From: an uncultured Lachnospiraceae bacterium | GTDB taxonomy: Bacteria; Bacillota; Clostridia; Lachnospirales; Lachnospiraceae | Assembly (NCBI GenBank): GCA_948470755.1 | Contig: CAOKPU010000006.1 | Location: forward strand, 7,723-71,722 | Reading direction: 5' to 3' | Length of the DNA stretch: 64,000 nucleotides | Shown here: positions 38,871 to 47,665 of the stretch, one piece after another | Position numbering within the stretch: position 1 is the stretch's first letter | Layout: the number at the start of each line of letters is the position of its first letter | The notes under the pieces: model-generated | The model's input: only the letters and a program-made list of their open reading frames with translations | The model's database searches: none | What the model was told of the DNA's origin: nothing | Position numbers and translations under genes: made by a program

Positions 38871-40565
38871 ATGCAGCTTACAGGTGCGGAAATTGTAGTG
38901 GAATGTTTGAAAGAACAGGGAGTGGATACTGTTTTCGGATATCCGGGAGGGACTATTTTAAATGTATATGATGCTTTATATAAGCATAGCAGTGAGATCA
39001 ACCATATTTTGACTTCCCATGAACAGGGAGCGGCACATGCGGCGGACGGTTATGCGAGGGCTACCGGAAAAGTGGGAGTATGCCTTGCTACCAGCGGTCC
39101 GGGGGCGACTAACCTTGTAACAGGGATTGCAACGGCGTATATGGATTCCGTGCCGATGGTGGCGATTACCTGTAATGTGAATCTTCCTCTTTTGGGAAAG
39201 GATTCTTTTCAGGAAGTGGATATTGCGGGGGTAACGATGCCGATTACGAAGCATGGTTATATCGTAAAAGATGTGGCGATCTTAGCGGACACTTTGCGGA
39301 AAGCATTTAAAATTGCCGGAAGCGGGCGGCCCGGCCCGGTATTGGTGGACATTACCAAAGATGTGACGGCAAATCTTTACGAGTATGAGCCTGCGCCGAT
39401 AGAAGCGCTGAAAAAAGACGGATCAGAAGATAAACAATATACGCAGGAAGATATAGACAGGGTATTGGGATTGATGAGGGATGCAAAGAAGCCTTATATT
39501 TATGTAGGCGGCGGTGCGGTGATTTCTGAGGCGGCAAAGGAAGTGACGGAGTTTGCAAAGAAATTGGATGCGCCTGTCTGCGATACATTGATGGGTAAAG
39601 GCGCTTTTGACGGCCGGGATGCATTGTATACGGGGATGATAGGCATGCATGGAACGAAAACGTCCTATCTGGGCGTTAGCGAATGCGACCTTTTAGTGGC
39701 GCTGGGGGCCAGGTTTTCCGACCGGGTGGTAGGGAATGCGGCAAAGTTTGCGAGCCATGCCAAGGTAGTCCAGATCGACATTGATGCGGCTGAAATCAAT
39801 AAAAACATCCGTACGGAAGCGGCCATTGTGGGCGATCTGAAAGAGGTCCTGACGGTCATCAATGAGCGGCTTCCACAGATGGAGCATAAGGAATGGGTAG
39901 GGCATATTCAGGAATTGAAGGAAAGATATCCTCTTAATTATGATAAAAGCGGCTTATCCTGTCCCTATGTCATCGAAGAACTGGACAGGATAACCAAGGG
40001 GGAAGCGGTTGTTACGACAGATGTGGGCCAGCATCAGATGTGGGCGGCGCAGTATTATAAATATTCCAAACCGCGGACGTTTTTAAGTTCCGGAGGCCTT
40101 GGCACTATGGGATATGGGCTTGGGGCGTGTATTGGAGCGAAGATGGGCAGGCCGGATAAGATTTGCGTCAATATCGCAGGCGACGGCTGTTTCCGGATGA
40201 ATATGAATGAACTGGCAACAGCCAGCCGTTATAATATCCCGGTAATCCAAATCGTGATCAATAACCATGTGCTTGGGATGGTCCGTCAATGGCAGACATT
40301 GTTTTACGGGCAACGGTATTCCCAGACGGTCCTGAACGATAAGGTGGATTTTTGTAAAGTAGCGGAGGGATTAGGCTGTGAAGCGGTGCGGGTGACAAAA
40401 AAGGAAGAGGTTGCCCTGGCAATCGAAAAGGCAATTGCTAAAAAAGCGCCAGTGCTGATCGAATGCGTAATCCCTGAAGACGATAAAGTATTCCCTATGG
40501 TCCCGGCAGGGGAGGCGATCAGTGAAGCGTTCGACGAGACAGACCTGAAGAAAAAAGAAAAATGA
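38871..40565 (+). CDS. ilvB: Acetolactate synthase large (catalytic) subunit
   Basis: It is a ThDP enzyme with GYPGG.. and ..GLGTMGYGL..IAGDG motifs. No small-subunit gene is adjacent. Confidence 0.85.
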   Translation: MQLTGAEIVVECLKEQGVDTVFGYPGGTILNVYDALYKHSSEINHILTSHEQGAAHAADGYARATGKVGVCLATSGPGATNLVTGIATAYMDSVPMVAITCNVNLPLLGKDSFQEVDIAGVTMPITKHGYIVKDVAILADTLRKAFKIAGSGRPGPVLVDITKDVTANLYEYEPAPIEALKKDGSEDKQYTQEDIDRVLGLMRDAKKPYIYVGGGAVISEAAKEVTEFAKKLDAPVCDTLMGKGAFDGRDALYTGMIGMHGTKTSYLGVSECDLLVALGARFSDRVVGNAAKFASHAKVVQIDIDAAEINKNIRTEAAIVGDLKEVLTVINERLPQMEHKEWVGHIQELKERYPLNYDKSGLSCPYVIEELDRITKGEAVVTTDVGQHQMWAAQYYKYSKPRTFLSSGGLGTMGYGLGACIGAKMGRPDKICVNIAGDGCFRMNMNELATASRYNIPVIQIVINNHVLGMVRQWQTLFYGQRYSQTVLNDKVDFCKVAEGLGCEAVRVTKKEEVALAIEKAIAKKAPVLIECVIPEDDKVFPMVPAGEAISEAFDETDLKKKEK

Positions 40566-41968
40566 AGAAAAAATGGGTAAAACAAACCGGAATAGCAATC
40601 GGGGCGTTTTTCTTCCTGCTTGCGGTATCCTATGTGGGGCTGGCGGAATATTATAAAAACGTGTTCAGCTATGGCACATGGGTAAATCATGTTTATTGCA
40701 CCGGTAAGACAGTGGAAGAGGTAAACAGGGAACTGATCGAGGGCTGTTCTTATGACGGGCTGACCATATATGATGATAAAGGGAATCCCTTTCGGATAGA
40801 GGCGGAGGAGATTGGCTTTTCCTTTGATTTTAAAAATGATTTAAAGGAATGTCTGGAAGCGCAGGACTCATATCTGTGGATCGATAATCTGTTAAAGAGG
40901 AAGGATTATGTGCTGGAACCGGTAGTTTCCTATGACGAAGAGCGGCTTGGGGAGATTCTTAAGCCTGTTCCGGCTTTTATGGGGAAGAAAGCGGAGGACA
41001 GACAGGTATGGATTCAAAAAGCGGATAATGGGTATGTACTGGTAGACGAAAGGAAAGATGTACTTGATGAAGAAAAGGCAAAGGAGGCAATCCGGCAGAA
41101 GCTGCTTTCTTTGGAAACGGAACTGGATTTAAAGAAAAGCGGCTGTTATGAAGACCTTCCCTATACGGAACAGATGAAGGCGGAGCTTGCCAAGTGGGAA
41201 AAAATAAAAGAGTTTCAGGAATGCCGCATTGTTTATGCTTTTGGCGGCGAACGGGTACCGGTGGACGCTTCCGTTGCCTGTGATTTTATCGCGGTGGATG
41301 AAAACGGGGATTTTCTTTATGATGAGGCAGGAGAGCTATTGCAGGATAATGAAAAAATTGAGGAGTTTGTTGACCGCCTTGCGGATGAATATGATACGGT
41401 AGGGAAAATCCGGCAGTTTGAAACGACAAAAGGGGATATTGTACCGGTAGAGGGAGGCAATTATGGAAACCGGATAGACCGGGCGGCGGAAAAGGAATAT
41501 TTAATAGAAGCTTTTTGCAGCCGGGCGGCGGGAACCCATACGCCCCGGTATCTTCAGGAGGGCTGGGCATATGGGAAAGACGATATTGGCAGTACATACA
41601 TCGAAGTGGATATGACCGAGCAGATGATGTATTATTACCTGAATGGGGAACTACAGCTTGAAACCCCTATCGAAACAGGAAATACCGGACGTAGATGGGG
41701 GACGCCGGAAGGCGTAAATTATGTGTATGGGAAGGCGGTGAACCGGGTTTTAAGCGGGCCGGGTTATCAATCCCATGTCAATTTCTGGATGCCCGTCAAA
41801 GGGAATATAGGGATCCATGATGCCCCATGGCGCGGTGAATTCGGCGGGGATATTTATCAGACTGCCGGTTCCCACGGCTGTATCAATACACCTTATGAAG
41901 CGATGGAAAAACTATATGAAATGGCACAGACCGGGACCCCGGTTGTGATGTTTTACCGTGGAAGTTGA
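40562..41968 (+). CDS. L,D-transpeptidase (YkuD) family protein with an N-terminal anchor
   Basis: The C-terminus has ..GIHDAPWR..GSHGCINTP.., the YkuD catalytic motif. Confidence 0.75.
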   Translation: MKKKWVKQTGIAIGAFFFLLAVSYVGLAEYYKNVFSYGTWVNHVYCTGKTVEEVNRELIEGCSYDGLTIYDDKGNPFRIEAEEIGFSFDFKNDLKECLEAQDSYLWIDNLLKRKDYVLEPVVSYDEERLGEILKPVPAFMGKKAEDRQVWIQKADNGYVLVDERKDVLDEEKAKEAIRQKLLSLETELDLKKSGCYEDLPYTEQMKAELAKWEKIKEFQECRIVYAFGGERVPVDASVACDFIAVDENGDFLYDEAGELLQDNEKIEEFVDRLADEYDTVGKIRQFETTKGDIVPVEGGNYGNRIDRAAEKEYLIEAFCSRAAGTHTPRYLQEGWAYGKDDIGSTYIEVDMTEQMMYYYLNGELQLETPIETGNTGRRWGTPEGVNYVYGKAVNRVLSGPGYQSHVNFWMPVKGNIGIHDAPWRGEFGGDIYQTAGSHGCINTPYEAMEKLYEMAQTGTPVVMFYRGS

Positions 41969-42037
41969 CGGAAACGGGAAATGAAATGTAAAATAAAAAA
42001 TTGTAAATATTATATATGCATACAGGAGGAGAGAAAA

Positions 42038-43120
42038 GTGTCCAGAGTATATAATTTTTCGGCAGGCCCGGCGGTCCTGCCCGAGGAGGTTTTAAAGGAA
42101 GCGGCGGACGAGATGTTAGATTATAAAGGAACTGGCATGTCCGTTATGGAAATGAGCCATAGATCGAAGGCTTATGATACAATAATCAAAGAGGCGGAAG
42201 CGGATCTAAGGGATTTGATGGATATCCCGGATAATTATAAAGTATTGTTCCTTCAAGGCGGGGCAAGCCAGCAGTTTGCCATGATACCCATGAATCTTAT
42301 GAAAAATAAGAAAGCGGCTTATATTGTGACCGGCCAATGGGCGAAAAAAGCATATCAGGAGGCAAAAATATATGGGGAAGCGGTGGAAGTGGCGTCTTCC
42401 GCAGATAAGACTTTTTCCTATATTCCGGATTGTTCCAATCTGGATATCCCCGAGGATGCGGATTATGTGTATATTTGTGAAAACAATACGATTTACGGCA
42501 CCAAATTCAGGACCCTGCCGGATACGAAGGGCCATACGCTGGTGGCGGACGTATCCTCCTGTTTTTTATCCGAGCCTGTAGATGTAAGCAAATATGGGGT
42601 GATTTACGGCGGCGTCCAGAAGAATATCGGCCCGGCAGGAGTGGTAATTGTTATCATCAGGGAAGATCTGATCACCGAGGACGTGCTTGCAGGGACGCCG
42701 ACGATGTTGAAATATAAGACTCATGCGGATGCGGATTCCCTTTACAACACGCCTCCGGCCTATGGCATTTATATATGCGGCAAAGTATTCAAATGGCTTA
42801 AAAAGCAAGGCGGCCTTTTGGCAATGAAAGAGTATAATGAAAAGAAGGCAAAGATCTTATATGACTTTTTGGATGAAAGCAAATTATTCTGCGGGACGGT
42901 AAGAAAAGAGGACAGATCGTTGATGAATGTCCCGTTTATCACAGGGAATGAGGGATTGGACGCGAAATTTGTAAAAGAGGCGAAAGAAGCCGGGTTCGAG
43001 AACTTGAAGGGACATAGGAGCGTCGGCGGTATGCGGGCCAGTATTTACAATGCCATGCCGATGGAAGGCGTGGAAAGGCTGGTGGGGTTTATGAGGAAAT
43101 TCGAGGCGGAAAATGCCTGA
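42038..43120 (+). CDS. serC: Phosphoserine aminotransferase
   Basis: The GTG at 42038 follows AGGAGGAG. It has VYNFSAGPAVLPEEVL.. and ..GGVQKNIGPAG.. Confidence 0.9.
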   Translation: MSRVYNFSAGPAVLPEEVLKEAADEMLDYKGTGMSVMEMSHRSKAYDTIIKEAEADLRDLMDIPDNYKVLFLQGGASQQFAMIPMNLMKNKKAAYIVTGQWAKKAYQEAKIYGEAVEVASSADKTFSYIPDCSNLDIPEDADYVYICENNTIYGTKFRTLPDTKGHTLVADVSSCFLSEPVDVSKYGVIYGGVQKNIGPAGVVIVIIREDLITEDVLAGTPTMLKYKTHADADSLYNTPPAYGIYICGKVFKWLKKQGGLLAMKEYNEKKAKILYDFLDESKLFCGTVRKEDRSLMNVPFITGNEGLDAKFVKEAKEAGFENLKGHRSVGGMRASIYNAMPMEGVERLVGFMRKFEAENA

Positions 43121-43160
43121 TATAGAAAAGGCTGTCGGTTAATGGAAATGAAATGGGAGG

Positions 43161-44330
43161 ATGGAAATGTTTAAATATCATTGTTTAAACCCGATTGCGG
43201 AGGTTGGATTGGGTAAATTCACGGGTAATTATGAAAAGACGGAAGACGTCAATGAAGCGGACGGGATTTTAGTCCGCAGCGCATCCATGCATGATATGGA
43301 ACTGCCGGAGGGCTTATTGGCGGTGGCCAGGGCCGGGGCCGGGGTAAATAATATTCCTTTGGATAAATGTGCGGAAAAAGGGGTTGTTGTTTTCAATACG
43401 CCGGGCGCCAATGCCAATGGGGTAAAAGAGCTTGTGATCGCCGGTATGCTTTTAGCCTGCCGCGATATCATAGGGGGCGTCAATTGGGTGTATGCCAATA
43501 AAGAGAATGAAAATATTGCTAAGGCGGCGGAAAAGGAAAAGAAGAACTTCGCAGGGACGGAAGTTCAGGATAAAAGGCTGGGCATTATCGGCTTGGGGGC
43601 TATTGGCGTAAAGGTAGCGAATGTGGCGAAACATATGGGGATGGAAGTATATGGATTTGATCCTTATGTTTCTGTGGATGCAGCCTGGAATCTGAGCAGG
43701 GATGTCAAACATGTATTGAATGTAGAAGAAATCTATGAAAGCTGCGATATTATCACTATCCATGTCCCGCTTTTGGATAGTACGAAGGGCATGGTAGATA
43801 AAGCGGCGATCGACAGGATGAAAGACGGAGTGATACTTTTGAATTTTTCAAGAGATTCCCTTGTAAAGGAAGCGGATGTGCTGGAGGGCATTAAGGCGGG
43901 GAAGATACGCAAGTATGTTACGGATTTCCCCAATCCTATGACGGCCGGGCAGGAAGGCTGTATCGTGATCCCGCATCTTGGGGCATCCACGGAGGAGTCG
44001 GAAGATAACTGCGCCAAGATGGCAGTGAAGGAAATGATGAATTATCTGGAAAACGGCAATATCAACAATAGCGTGAATTACCCGAACTGCGATATGGGGA
44101 TTTGTTCGCAGGCCGGCAGGATTGCTATTTTCCATAGGAACATTGCTAATATGATCACAAAATTTACCGCCTGCTTCGGCGATGAAGGCATTAATATTAC
44201 GGATATGACGAATAAGTCCAAAGGGGAAGTGGCTTATACGATGATAGATTTGGAAAGCCCGGCGACGGATGAGATGATCAGGAAGCTGCAGGCGATTCCC
44301 GGCGTGTTCAGGGTCAGGGTAGTGAAATAG
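43161..44330 (+). CDS. serA: D-3-phosphoglycerate dehydrogenase with a C-terminal ACT-like domain
   Basis: It has the 2-hydroxyacid dehydrogenase motif GIIGLGAIG and ..PHLGAST.., and is adjacent to serC. Confidence 0.85.
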   Translation: MEMFKYHCLNPIAEVGLGKFTGNYEKTEDVNEADGILVRSASMHDMELPEGLLAVARAGAGVNNIPLDKCAEKGVVVFNTPGANANGVKELVIAGMLLACRDIIGGVNWVYANKENENIAKAAEKEKKNFAGTEVQDKRLGIIGLGAIGVKVANVAKHMGMEVYGFDPYVSVDAAWNLSRDVKHVLNVEEIYESCDIITIHVPLLDSTKGMVDKAAIDRMKDGVILLNFSRDSLVKEADVLEGIKAGKIRKYVTDFPNPMTAGQEGCIVIPHLGASTEESEDNCAKMAVKEMMNYLENGNINNSVNYPNCDMGICSQAGRIAIFHRNIANMITKFTACFGDEGINITDMTNKSKGEVAYTMIDLESPATDEMIRKLQAIPGVFRVRVVK

Positions 44331-44432
44331 CCCGCTTGCAGGATGCAATGGATCCGGTGCAAATATGGATGGGTATGCTTGGATCGTCGTCTTTGGAGAA
44401 TAGGGCAGGACAGCGGGCGGAGGATGGATGGG

Positions 44433-45716
44433 ATGAGAAAGAAAGCGGTTATTTTGTGGATTGCGGGATGTCTCTTTATCAGTATGGCTTTCATAGGATG
44501 CGGCCCTATAGGGCAGTTAAGAAATGTAGCCCGCGCGTACGGGGGAGCCGGAGACGGAAATGAACAAAGGGCAGAAGCAGAAGAAGCGGCTAAAGCGGGA
44601 GAAACGGCGGCTGCAGCTAAGACGCCTGTGCTGGGCGGGGAAGCAATCAGTGGTTATGAAGGATTTTCTTATCTATATGAGGAATCGCTTACAGCTTATA
44701 TGGAAGAAGACGCGGAAAACGGGAAAATAAAACGGAAAACGGTTACCATATATGTTCCGAAAGGGAAAAAATCAGGCAAGAACAGCGATTTCCCGGGTAC
44801 CGCATATGCGGATGCATTTGGCGTATCTTTCTGTTTCAGCCTGAATCCATATGAGTTATCCGACCAAAAAGACGAGCCGGCAGCTAAAAGGCTGCAAGGG
44901 TATATGGAAAAGGCCTATCCTGGCGCAGACGAAAAAAAAGAAGGGACAGACAGTGGGGCTTATGAAGATCTGGAAGTCTCCCCAGTGAGGGAGCTGGGTA
45001 AGGATGCTGCATCTGTGACGGTAAAATATTGTAGATGGAATGACAGGAAGGAAGATTATAGTGTAATTTATGGCACTTATTATCTAAAAGAGCTGCAGCC
45101 TGGTTTGTTAGCTTTGTTGGAAGTGGAGATTGACAGCAGAGAAGCAACTTCCAAGACACCGGGGCTGTTAGAAGAGCTGGAGGCTTTTTATGAAGTAGAT
45201 ATGGAGTGGGACAGCGGCAGGGCGCAGGAAAAGCTGGAAAAGTATCTTGCCGGAAAAGAGGATAAGGAAATTGCGGGAATGATAGAGTTCCAGTTTCCAA
45301 AGGGCTGGGAAATAGATGATAATTATTCCGGGGAGGAAATGGTTATTTATGCGCCGGGAGGAGACAGCGACGGAGCCGGCTGCGGGATTGGCATTACGAA
45401 TCTGCAAGCCATGGGTTATACCAGTGAAGCCTTGGACTGGCCGATGAATGAAAAATATATGGAAATGTTTATACAGGACGGGTTGGGAGATCGTGCGGAG
45501 GGCCTGACGGTGAATGACTATGGGGAAACTTGCATCGGTAAGACCATATTGGCGGAGTTTGCTTACAAAGAAGCAGGGGAGACTATAGACTGTCGGCTTT
45601 ATTTTGGAAGAAGCGATAAAGGTATGTATCTTGTGGTAGCCGTCCAGTTTCAATGGTTGGAGATGAATACATTTGAAGTGGTGGAAGAACTGCTGGAAAA
45701 AGGAAGGGTGGAATGA
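44433..45716 (+). CDS. Hypothetical lipoprotein
   Basis: It begins MRKKAVILWIAGCLFISMAFIGCG (signal peptide plus lipobox). No other domain was recognised. Confidence 0.55.
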   Translation: MRKKAVILWIAGCLFISMAFIGCGPIGQLRNVARAYGGAGDGNEQRAEAEEAAKAGETAAAAKTPVLGGEAISGYEGFSYLYEESLTAYMEEDAENGKIKRKTVTIYVPKGKKSGKNSDFPGTAYADAFGVSFCFSLNPYELSDQKDEPAAKRLQGYMEKAYPGADEKKEGTDSGAYEDLEVSPVRELGKDAASVTVKYCRWNDRKEDYSVIYGTYYLKELQPGLLALLEVEIDSREATSKTPGLLEELEAFYEVDMEWDSGRAQEKLEKYLAGKEDKEIAGMIEFQFPKGWEIDDNYSGEEMVIYAPGGDSDGAGCGIGITNLQAMGYTSEALDWPMNEKYMEMFIQDGLGDRAEGLTVNDYGETCIGKTILAEFAYKEAGETIDCRLYFGRSDKGMYLVVAVQFQWLEMNTFEVVEELLEKGRVE

Positions 45717-45732
45717 CGATTCCACCCTTTTT
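45706..45732 (+). terminator. Rho-independent terminator overlapping the stop codon
   Basis: GGGTGGAAT-GACG-ATTCCACCC is followed by TTTTT. Confidence 0.75.
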
Positions 45733-45734
45733 GC

Positions 45735-45807
45735 ATCATAGGATCCGGGTACCAAAAGGCCCATCCGGCGGCCCCGTCCGGCAAATTGCACTGCAATTTC
45801 CTATGAT
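45735..45807. repeat. Solo copy of the arm of the 1898-2130 palindromic element
   Basis: ATCATAGGATCCGGGTACCAAAAGGCCCATCCGGCGGCCCCGTCCGGCAAATTGCA aligns with 1891-1946 with a few substitutions. It is closed by ATCATAGGA / TCCTATGAT. Confidence 0.75.
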
Positions 45808-45841
45808 ACAAAAACCCTCCGGAAGGATGCGCACTGCGCGC

Positions 45842-45908
45842 AAGAGGAAAATGGCTGCTGTCGCAGCCGCGCTCCGGCGCGAATGTGCGTCAGGACGCAC
45901 ACTTTTTT
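45842..45908. repeat. ~66-nt triple-hairpin repeat (copy 1)
   Basis: The sequence is AAGAGGAAAATGGCTGC-TGTC-GCAGCCGCGCTCCGGCGCGAATGTGCGTCAGGACGCACACTTTTTT. It is near-identical to 54229-54294. Confidence 0.8.
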
Positions 45909-46188
45909 ATTGTAAAGCATTGGCCATGCCGGAAAAACCCTGCCCGTTTTCCTGCAGATCGGCCTGGAATTTGGCTTCTGCTTCTACGGAAGCTTCGCTG
46001 GCAAGATCCATATAAAGGATAAAGATATCCTCAAGGCTTTTCTTTTGCTCTTTAGCAATTTCTTCCATAATAGGCCTTAAGGCATCCAATTGTACGGACA
46101 CCTGTGTTTTTTGCGGGTCGATGTCTTTTAAAACTTCTTCCGCGTAAGCGCTGATCCTTTCCCATATCTTTCTATTTTCATTTGTCAT
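45907..46188 (-). CDS. Hypothetical 93-aa protein
   Basis: The ATG at 46188 follows GGAGGAAAC. The long upstream extension in the ORF track (to 46956) is antisense to the DUF1015 gene and was rejected. Confidence 0.55.
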   Translation of the reverse strand: MTNENRKIWERISAYAEEVLKDIDPQKTQVSVQLDALRPIMEEIAKEQKKSLEDIFILYMDLASEASVEAEAKFQADLQENGQGFSGMANALQ

Positions 46189-46320
46189 AGCTGTTTCCTC
46201 CCTGTCATAGATTGGCCGCCTTGTTAATAATGCCGGATTTATTTTATCACTTGATGCTTGTGCTGTATAGGTTAATTTGTTAAAATAATTGATAGAAAAA
46301 AGATGGAAAGGATAAAATAT

Positions 46321-47631
46321 ATGGCGGACATTAAACCTTTTAAAGCAATCCGCCCAAGGAAAGGGCTGGAACGGCAAATAGCGGCGCTTCCCTATGACGT
46401 ATATAGCAGGGAAGAAGCAAAGCGGGAGGTGGAAAAGGAGCCGTTGTCTTTTCTGCGGATCGACAGGGCGGAAACATTGTTTCCGGACAATGTGGATGCT
46501 TATGCAGACGTTGTTTATGCGAAAGCGCATGATCTGCTTTGGGAAATGGTAAAAAACGGGGAAATGGAAGAAGACCCCGTGGAATGCTATTATGTGTATG
46601 AACTGGTGATGGATGGAAGATCGCAGACAGGGATTGCCGCATGCGCTTCGGTGGATGATTATTTGCATGGGGTAATAAAAAAACACGAAAATACGAGAAA
46701 GGAAAAAGAGCTTGACCGCATCCGCCATGTGGATAGCTGTAATGCGCAGACGGGGCCTATTTTTCTTGCGTACCGTTCCCATCCTGTAATCTGTGAAGAG
46801 ACGGAAAAGGCGGGAAAAGGGGAACCGTTGTATGACTTTACCGCGTCTGACGGCATTACCCATAGGGTATGGAAAGTGGAAGATAGGGAAGCAGTGGAAA
46901 AGATAAAGGAAGCATTCCGGGAAGTGGAAAGCATTTATATTGCGGATGGGCATCATAGGTGCGCTTCGGCAATGAAAGTATCGTTAAAAAGGCGGGAAAT
47001 GAATCCTTGTTATACGGGGAAAGAAGAATTTAATTATTTCCTTTCCGTCCTGTTCCCTGATGACCAGCTTATGATTATGGATTATAACCGGGTGGTGAAA
47101 GACTTGAACGGGCTTTCCGAAGAAGAATTCCTAGATCGCGTTTCGGAACGTTTTTGTGTGGAGGAAAGAGGGAAGGAACCTTATCTGCCAAAAGAAAAGG
47201 GATGTTTTGGCATGTATCTTGCAGAAAACTGGTATGAACTTAGGGTAAAGCACCAGGAAGGAGGTCAAGATCTTGGCCTTGATGGGCCGCCGCAGGGCAT
47301 GGGGCCTTGCAGCGGGGATCATGGGAAGGATAGTTATACGCTGCATCCGGAAAAGATGCTGGATGTGGCAGTGCTTCAGGACCGGCTGCTCGCCCCGATC
47401 CTTGGCATTGCGGATCCTAAGACAGATAAAAGGATTGATTTTGTAGGGGGGATACGGGGGCTTAAAGAGTTGGAACATAGAGTACATACGGATGCTGCCG
47501 TGGCGTTTTCCATGTATCCGACCTCGATTGGCGAACTGTTTGCCGTAGCGGATGCAGGAAGACTGATGCCGCCGAAATCTACGTGGTTTGAACCGAAGTT
47601 AAGAAGCGGGCTGTTTATCCATAAAATATAA
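46321..47631 (+). CDS. DUF1015 family protein
   Basis: It begins MADIKPFKAIRPRKGLERQIAALPYDVYSREEA.. and has ..IADGHHR.., typical of DUF1015. Confidence 0.8.
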   Translation: MADIKPFKAIRPRKGLERQIAALPYDVYSREEAKREVEKEPLSFLRIDRAETLFPDNVDAYADVVYAKAHDLLWEMVKNGEMEEDPVECYYVYELVMDGRSQTGIAACASVDDYLHGVIKKHENTRKEKELDRIRHVDSCNAQTGPIFLAYRSHPVICEETEKAGKGEPLYDFTASDGITHRVWKVEDREAVEKIKEAFREVESIYIADGHHRCASAMKVSLKRREMNPCYTGKEEFNYFLSVLFPDDQLMIMDYNRVVKDLNGLSEEEFLDRVSERFCVEERGKEPYLPKEKGCFGMYLAENWYELRVKHQEGGQDLGLDGPPQGMGPCSGDHGKDSYTLHPEKMLDVAVLQDRLLAPILGIADPKTDKRIDFVGGIRGLKELEHRVHTDAAVAFSMYPTSIGELFAVADAGRLMPPKSTWFEPKLRSGLFIHKI

Positions 47632-47665
47632 AAATACAGGCGATGGAAAGGGCAAAGGTATCGAT

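Noticed and set aside
45907-46956. A 349-aa minus-strand ORF.
   Set aside because: Only the last 93 codons (from the ATG at 46188, with a good RBS) are plausible. The upstream 255 codons are antisense to the DUF1015 gene and have junk-like composition.
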